Shown here piece by piece: positions 60,069 through 64,000 of a stretch of 64,000 nucleotides of DNA. Every line of letters starts with the position of its first letter. The first letter of the stretch is position 1. This DNA comes from Gammaproteobacteria bacterium (GTDB lineage Bacteria > Pseudomonadota > Gammaproteobacteria > Ga0077554 > Ga007554): contig JAKFXX010000007.1 of NCBI GenBank assembly GCA_021731145.1, positions 5,653-69,652 on the forward strand, written 5' to 3'. The notes beneath the pieces are model-generated. The model made no database searches and had not been told where the DNA came from. It saw only the letters and a list, made by a program, of their open reading frames with translations. The position numbers and the translations under genes are program-made.

Positions 60069-61031
60069 CTAGCCACTTTTCAGATTCTTTGTAGTCGCAA
60101 GGCTCAGTATCACCGACGTCGCCAAAATTGCCGCGACCACGCCCAGTGCAAGCAGCACAGGTATTTTATATAGCTCCACGATCAGCATCTTGACGCCAAT
60201 GAACATCAGCACCAACGCCAGGCCGTATTTGAGCAGATGAAAGCGATCAGCAACATCGGCCAGCAGGAAATACATGGCACGCAGGCCGAGAATGGCGAAG
60301 ATGTTCGAGGTAAACACGATAAACGGATCTTCCGTCACCGCGAAAATCGCCGGGATGCTGTCCACCGCGAATATCAAATCGGTAAATTCGATCAACATCA
60401 GCACCAGAAACAAGGGCGTGGCATAACGGATGCCCTCCTTCACCACGAAGAATTTTTCCCCATGAAATTCGTTGGTAATTTTCATATGGCCGCGCATCCA
60501 GCGCAGCAAGGGATTCTTCTCCAGGTCCGGCTTTGCGTCGGCGAAGAAAAACATTTTGATGCCGGTAAACAGCAGAAACAATCCGAATAAATATAAAATC
60601 CAGTGGAATTTTGCGATAAGCATCGCACCCAGCAGGATCATCACCGCACGCATGATAATCGCCCCCAGCACGCCATAAAGAAGCACGCGGCGCTGGTATT
60701 CGGGGGGCACGGCAAAATAACTGAAGACCATCAGAAACACGAAGATGTTGTCTACCGCCAGCGATTTTTCGATCAGATAACCGGTGAAAAACTCCAGCGC
60801 CTTTTGGTCGGCGATTTCCCGCCCCATCTGGCCATCGAGATACCACCACAGCGCGGCATTGAAGACCATCGCCAGAGATACCCAGACGATGGACCACCCC
60901 AGCGCCTCCTTCACGGATACCTTGTGCGCGCCCTTTCTGCCGAGCAGAAATATGTCCACCGCCAGCATGGCCAGCACAAAGACAACAAAGCCCAGCCACA
61001 TCCACCAGGAACCGACCGTCTGCATCTCCAT
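60069..61031 (-). CDS. TerC-family integral membrane protein (Alx-like)
   Basis: 320 aa. Multi-TM; [12 protein letters not shown] and [13 protein letters not shown] motifs typical of TerC. Confidence 0.88.
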   Translation of the reverse strand: MEMQTVGSWWMWLGFVVFVLAMLAVDIFLLGRKGAHKVSVKEALGWSIVWVSLAMVFNAALWWYLDGQMGREIADQKALEFFTGYLIEKSLAVDNIFVFLMVFSYFAVPPEYQRRVLLYGVLGAIIMRAVMILLGAMLIAKFHWILYLFGLFLLFTGIKMFFFADAKPDLEKNPLLRWMRGHMKITNEFHGEKFFVVKEGIRYATPLFLVLMLIEFTDLIFAVDSIPAIFAVTEDPFIVFTSNIFAILGLRAMYFLLADVADRFHLLKYGLALVLMFIGVKMLIVELYKIPVLLALGVVAAILATSVILSLATTKNLKSG

Positions 61032-61333
61032 GCTATTTCACCTTGTGTATTTGTTTAGGGGCCGTAATCACCCGTGAAGGGCGCAATGCCTTACGGTGAT
61101 TACGGCCCCTTATGCCGTTCCCACCATTCTAAATGTACAGATGTGTGTGAACGACGGCTTATTGCTCATTTCTTGAAAGATCCGGGTTATGCGGTGCTCT
61201 ATAAAAAATAAGCCGTGGTTAACACAGAGTGCAACGATAACCAAATAGGCATATAAGTAAAAGTCAATATTAAGTATTGATATCATAATCTATTGATTAT
61301 GAATAACGCAGCAAACACTGGGCATCAGACAAA

Positions 61334-61852
61334 CTACCGTACCTCGCCAAATGTTGCCGCCACCCAGTCCCCCAGGTAATGGGTCATGACAATCACTGCA
61401 ACGGCAATCGTCAGGTGCTCCATCACCACTTTGACCGGTTTCTCGCCCACTGCCCGCGCGATGGCATAACTCAGAATACAGATCAGGCTTAACCCCCAGG
61501 CGACAGCGGCGATGATGGCGGTGGGCAGATCCAGCAGCAGGACAGGCACCAGGAAGGTAAGCGCAAACACCGCTTTCGACGCCAAGGTTGCCAGCGTCGC
61601 CTCCCATACCTCACGCGCGGAGGATTTGTTCTTGTATTCCTCGGAGACATGCACACCCAGCGCATCGGAGAATGCATCCGCTATGGCTATGGTCAAAACT
61701 CCGCCCATCACCGCCAGCCTGGAATGAGTGCCTGAATGCAGGCCCACCATGAGACCAAGCGTAGTGATGACCCCGGAAATCAAGCCGAAAGTAAACCCTG
61801 CCTTTAGAGACTCTTTCAACGGATACCCCTCGGAACAAAGATGAACCACCAT
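61334..61852 (-). CDS. VIT1/CCC1-family (Fe/Mn transporter-like) membrane protein, short form
   Basis: GFTFGLISGVITTLGLMVGL..., IADAFSDALGVHVSEE, three further TM segments. Start taken at the internal Met (the listed ORF extends to 61924). Confidence 0.6.
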   Translation of the reverse strand: MVVHLCSEGYPLKESLKAGFTFGLISGVITTLGLMVGLHSGTHSRLAVMGGVLTIAIADAFSDALGVHVSEEYKNKSSAREVWEATLATLASKAVFALTFLVPVLLLDLPTAIIAAVAWGLSLICILSYAIARAVGEKPVKVVMEHLTIAVAVIVMTHYLGDWVAATFGEVR

Positions 61853-62015
61853 ATTACATTGCCACGCGCATCGTGGTCTTGCGTTAATAAAGACCAGCCA
61901 GCCGTTGTGCCTTTTTTGGTTCACGGTCAGATATTCATCTGATTGTCATATATCCTCTCCACAATAAACGCCCATCTCCAAGCCAACTTTCGGTGAAACT
62001 TGCAAGGCGTTATTA

Positions 62016-62969
62016 ATGTATAGCAAAAATAGTATTTTGCCCGTAATCCTGCTTGCTGCTCTTTTGAGCGGTTGCGGGGGTGAGGACAAGACAGGCAAGG
62101 ACGGTCAGGTTGTTGCAAAGGTCAACGGCGATGAAGTCACGGTTCATCAGCTCAATTATGAACTGGGGTTGCTGGGGCAGGCCGCCACCCAAAATACCGA
62201 GAAGGTCGCGCGTCAAGCCCTGGAGCAACTTGTTAACCAGCAGCTTATCGTGCAAAAAGCCGTCACGGAAAAATTGGACCGTGATCCCCGGGTGATGCAA
62301 GCCCTGGAGCGCGCCAAAAGCCAGGTGTTGGTGCAGGCATATATGAGCAAGGTTGCGGGGAGGGATTCAACACCACCCAGCAAGCAGGAAGTTGGCGATT
62401 ATTACAGCAAGCACCCCGAGTTGTTCGCTGAGCGGCGTATCTATCAGATTCGTGAAATCCTTCTCGATAAGAGTGTACCTGCTGCCGAGCTCCAGTCTCG
62501 CGTCAAGAGTTCGAAATCGCTTGAGGAGCTGATGGGCTGGCTGGAGGAAAAAAAGGTGCAGATGAAGTCGGGTGTGCTGGTCAAGCCTGCGGAACAATTG
62601 CCACCTGAAATGTTGTCGCGTTTGTATCAGATGCGGCAGGGGCAGGTGATGGCAATTGAGGCGCCGAACAATATTTCACTCTCCATACTGATGGCCGCGC
62701 GTAACCAGCCGTTGAGCGAAGCGCAGGCCGCGCCTGCGATCGAGAATTTTCTGGTGAACCAGAAGCACGGGAAGCTCGCTGATGATGAAGTAAAGCGGCT
62801 GAGAGCCGAGGCGAAAATAGAATGGCTTGGAAAATTCGCAGCAGCCAAGGGAGATGATAAAGCCAGTTCTGCGGCGGTAAATCCCGGGCTGGAAAATGCA
62901 GAGAAGCACGTCGCTGATGAAAAGTCGAATGACACGGATTTTATAAAAAAAGGTGTCTCTGGCTTGTAG
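62016..62969 (+). CDS. EpsD-family peptidyl-prolyl isomerase-like lipoprotein (PEP-CTERM/EPS locus type)
   Basis: 317 aa. Lipobox LLSGCGG; VAKVNGDEVTVHQLNYEL SurA-N-like start. Placed directly before an EPS priming transferase. Confidence 0.6.
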   Translation: MYSKNSILPVILLAALLSGCGGEDKTGKDGQVVAKVNGDEVTVHQLNYELGLLGQAATQNTEKVARQALEQLVNQQLIVQKAVTEKLDRDPRVMQALERAKSQVLVQAYMSKVAGRDSTPPSKQEVGDYYSKHPELFAERRIYQIREILLDKSVPAAELQSRVKSSKSLEELMGWLEEKKVQMKSGVLVKPAEQLPPEMLSRLYQMRQGQVMAIEAPNNISLSILMAARNQPLSEAQAAPAIENFLVNQKHGKLADDEVKRLRAEAKIEWLGKFAAAKGDDKASSAAVNPGLENAEKHVADEKSNDTDFIKKGVSGL

Positions 62970-63106
62970 TCGTTTCACTGTGAGGAAGGGATGAAAGCAC
63001 AGAATTTTGCCCCCATTCCGTTTTCACGAGAATTTAATATTTCATGGTTATAGTGTCATGTGAATCAGGAATCGGATGTGTGTTGATTGCTTAGGATAAA
63101 GCCTCG

Positions 63107-64000
63107 ATGAAGCCCGTTATTGCACAGCATGATAATCACTATCACGGGAGTATTGTCGACATGCCGAACAAGAAGCTGCATGTAAATACCAACGCATTCA
63201 TGCCGCCTTATCTGGCGCTTCTTGAATATATTCTCGACCCTCTTCTGATAGTGGCTACACTTTTTCTGATTATTCATGCCTATGGCATGCCCTTGCAGAA
63301 TTCCCATATTATTCTGGCAGTGATTGCCTTTTTTGTTTCGTGTGTCATCTTTGAGCCGTCCGACGTTTGCCGGCCCTGGCGTTATCGTGGGCTATGGGAC
63401 CGGAGCCGTAGCCTGATCGTTTCATGGATTCTTCTGGTCGGAATTATGCTGTTTCTTGGGTATGCGACCAAGTACTCCGATGAGTTTTCCAGACGCGTGA
63501 TGCTGACCTGGTTTTTTGCGGCGCCTCCTGCCATTTTTATGGGAAATGGCCTGGCGCGCATACTCGTCTCAAAATTTTTTGAGTTGGAAACCAACACCCG
63601 CTCAGCAGTCATTGCAGTGGCTAATGATGCCAGCCAGCGGCTTGCGCAAAGCATAAGCGGCAGTCCCCAGATGGGCATGTCTTTGAAGGGATATTTTGAT
63701 GACCGTTCGATTGATCGTCTGGGCGCGTTAGGGGATGATCAGCTTCTTGGGCGACTTGACGACATGGCGCGCTATGTTTCGGATAACAAGATAGATGTGA
63801 TTTATATAGCGCTGCCCATGGTGAAGCAGGAGCGCATCGTAAACTTGCTGAATGGACTGCGTGATACGACAGCGTCGGTGTACTTTGTCCCTGATATATC
63901 CTTTTTTGATCTGATTCAGGCCAGGATGGGGGAGATCAATGGCATACCTGTCATGTCGGTGTGTGAAACGCCATTCTTTGGCCTGAGCGGCTTGTTGAAG
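63107..64000 (+). CDS. Undecaprenyl-phosphate sugar phosphotransferase (EPS priming glycosyltransferase), 3'-truncated by window edge
   Basis: Open frame from ATG 63107 to the window end (298 codons; not in the ORF track because it has no stop). N-terminal TM segments, then VIAVANDASQRLAQSI...KIDVIYIALPMVKQERIVNLLNGLRDTTASVYFVPD, typical of WcaJ/EpsB-type transferases. Confidence 0.75.
   Translation, partial: MKPVIAQHDNHYHGSIVDMPNKKLHVNTNAFMPPYLALLEYILDPLLIVATLFLIIHAYGMPLQNSHIILAVIAFFVSCVIFEPSDVCRPWRYRGLWDRSRSLIVSWILLVGIMLFLGYATKYSDEFSRRVMLTWFFAAPPAIFMGNGLARILVSKFFELETNTRSAVIAVANDASQRLAQSISGSPQMGMSLKGYFDDRSIDRLGALGDDQLLGRLDDMARYVSDNKIDVIYIALPMVKQERIVNLLNGLRDTTASVYFVPDISFFDLIQARMGEINGIPVMSVCETPFFGLSGLLK

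Noticed and set aside
61032-61333. A canonical yybP-ykoY Mn2+ riboswitch upstream of terC.
   Set aside because: The conserved GGGGAGUAG core was not found on either strand. It is kept only as an unclassified structured leader (see findings) pending an Infernal scan.

Overview
High-GC (~60%) window from a proteobacterial chemolithoautotroph. Gene content resembles Thiobacillus-like betaproteobacteria, but the taxon is inference only. Order of content: kup (5'-truncated); a ~9.6-kb Type I R-M island (hsdM-hsdS-[RAYT-like HUH unit]-[AlbA_2/Schlafen-like ATPase]-hsdR) abutting tRNA-Glu and tRNA-Ala; housekeeping genes (fbp, DUF455, ygiQ, erpA, citrate synthase); a c-type cytochrome cluster (two triheme ORFs separated only by an A9 tract, divergent from a pentaheme cytochrome / NHL lipoprotein / small OM barrel operon); waaA, speA, speE; an 889-aa HAF-repeat/BNR/DUF11 surface protein; two DUF4124 genes; porin-glnK-amtB; a ~21-kb CO2-concentrating supercluster; then ilvD, hrpA, terC, a VIT-family gene and the start of an EPS locus (EpsD-like PPIase, priming sugar transferase). 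The supercluster holds an orphan red-type RuBisCO small-subunit-like gene, an alpha-carboxysome operon (csoS2-csoSCA-csoS4AB-3x csoS1-bfr-like-PCD-like-mcdA-mcdB-like) with no cbbLS of its own, cbbR, a SulP transporter with an extra C-terminal domain, an SbtA/SbtB-like pair, a second cbbR and form IA cbbLSQO. No CRISPR array, rRNA or integrase was seen. Most interesting observations: (1) the stand-alone, C-terminally shortened red-type SSU-like gene plus an unknown ORF heading the RuBisCO-less carboxysome operon; (2) an A9 slippery run whose -1 frame fuses two triheme cytochromes into a hexaheme protein; (3) a recurrent AT-rich box and AGA/TCT palindromes upstream of every CCM transcription unit; (4) a RAYT-like gene with covarying GTAG-hairpin flanks inserted into the 3' end of hsdS; (5) a translationally coupled pentaheme / beta-propeller lipoprotein / OM-barrel module. 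All functional calls rest on motif recognition by eye; no database search was possible.
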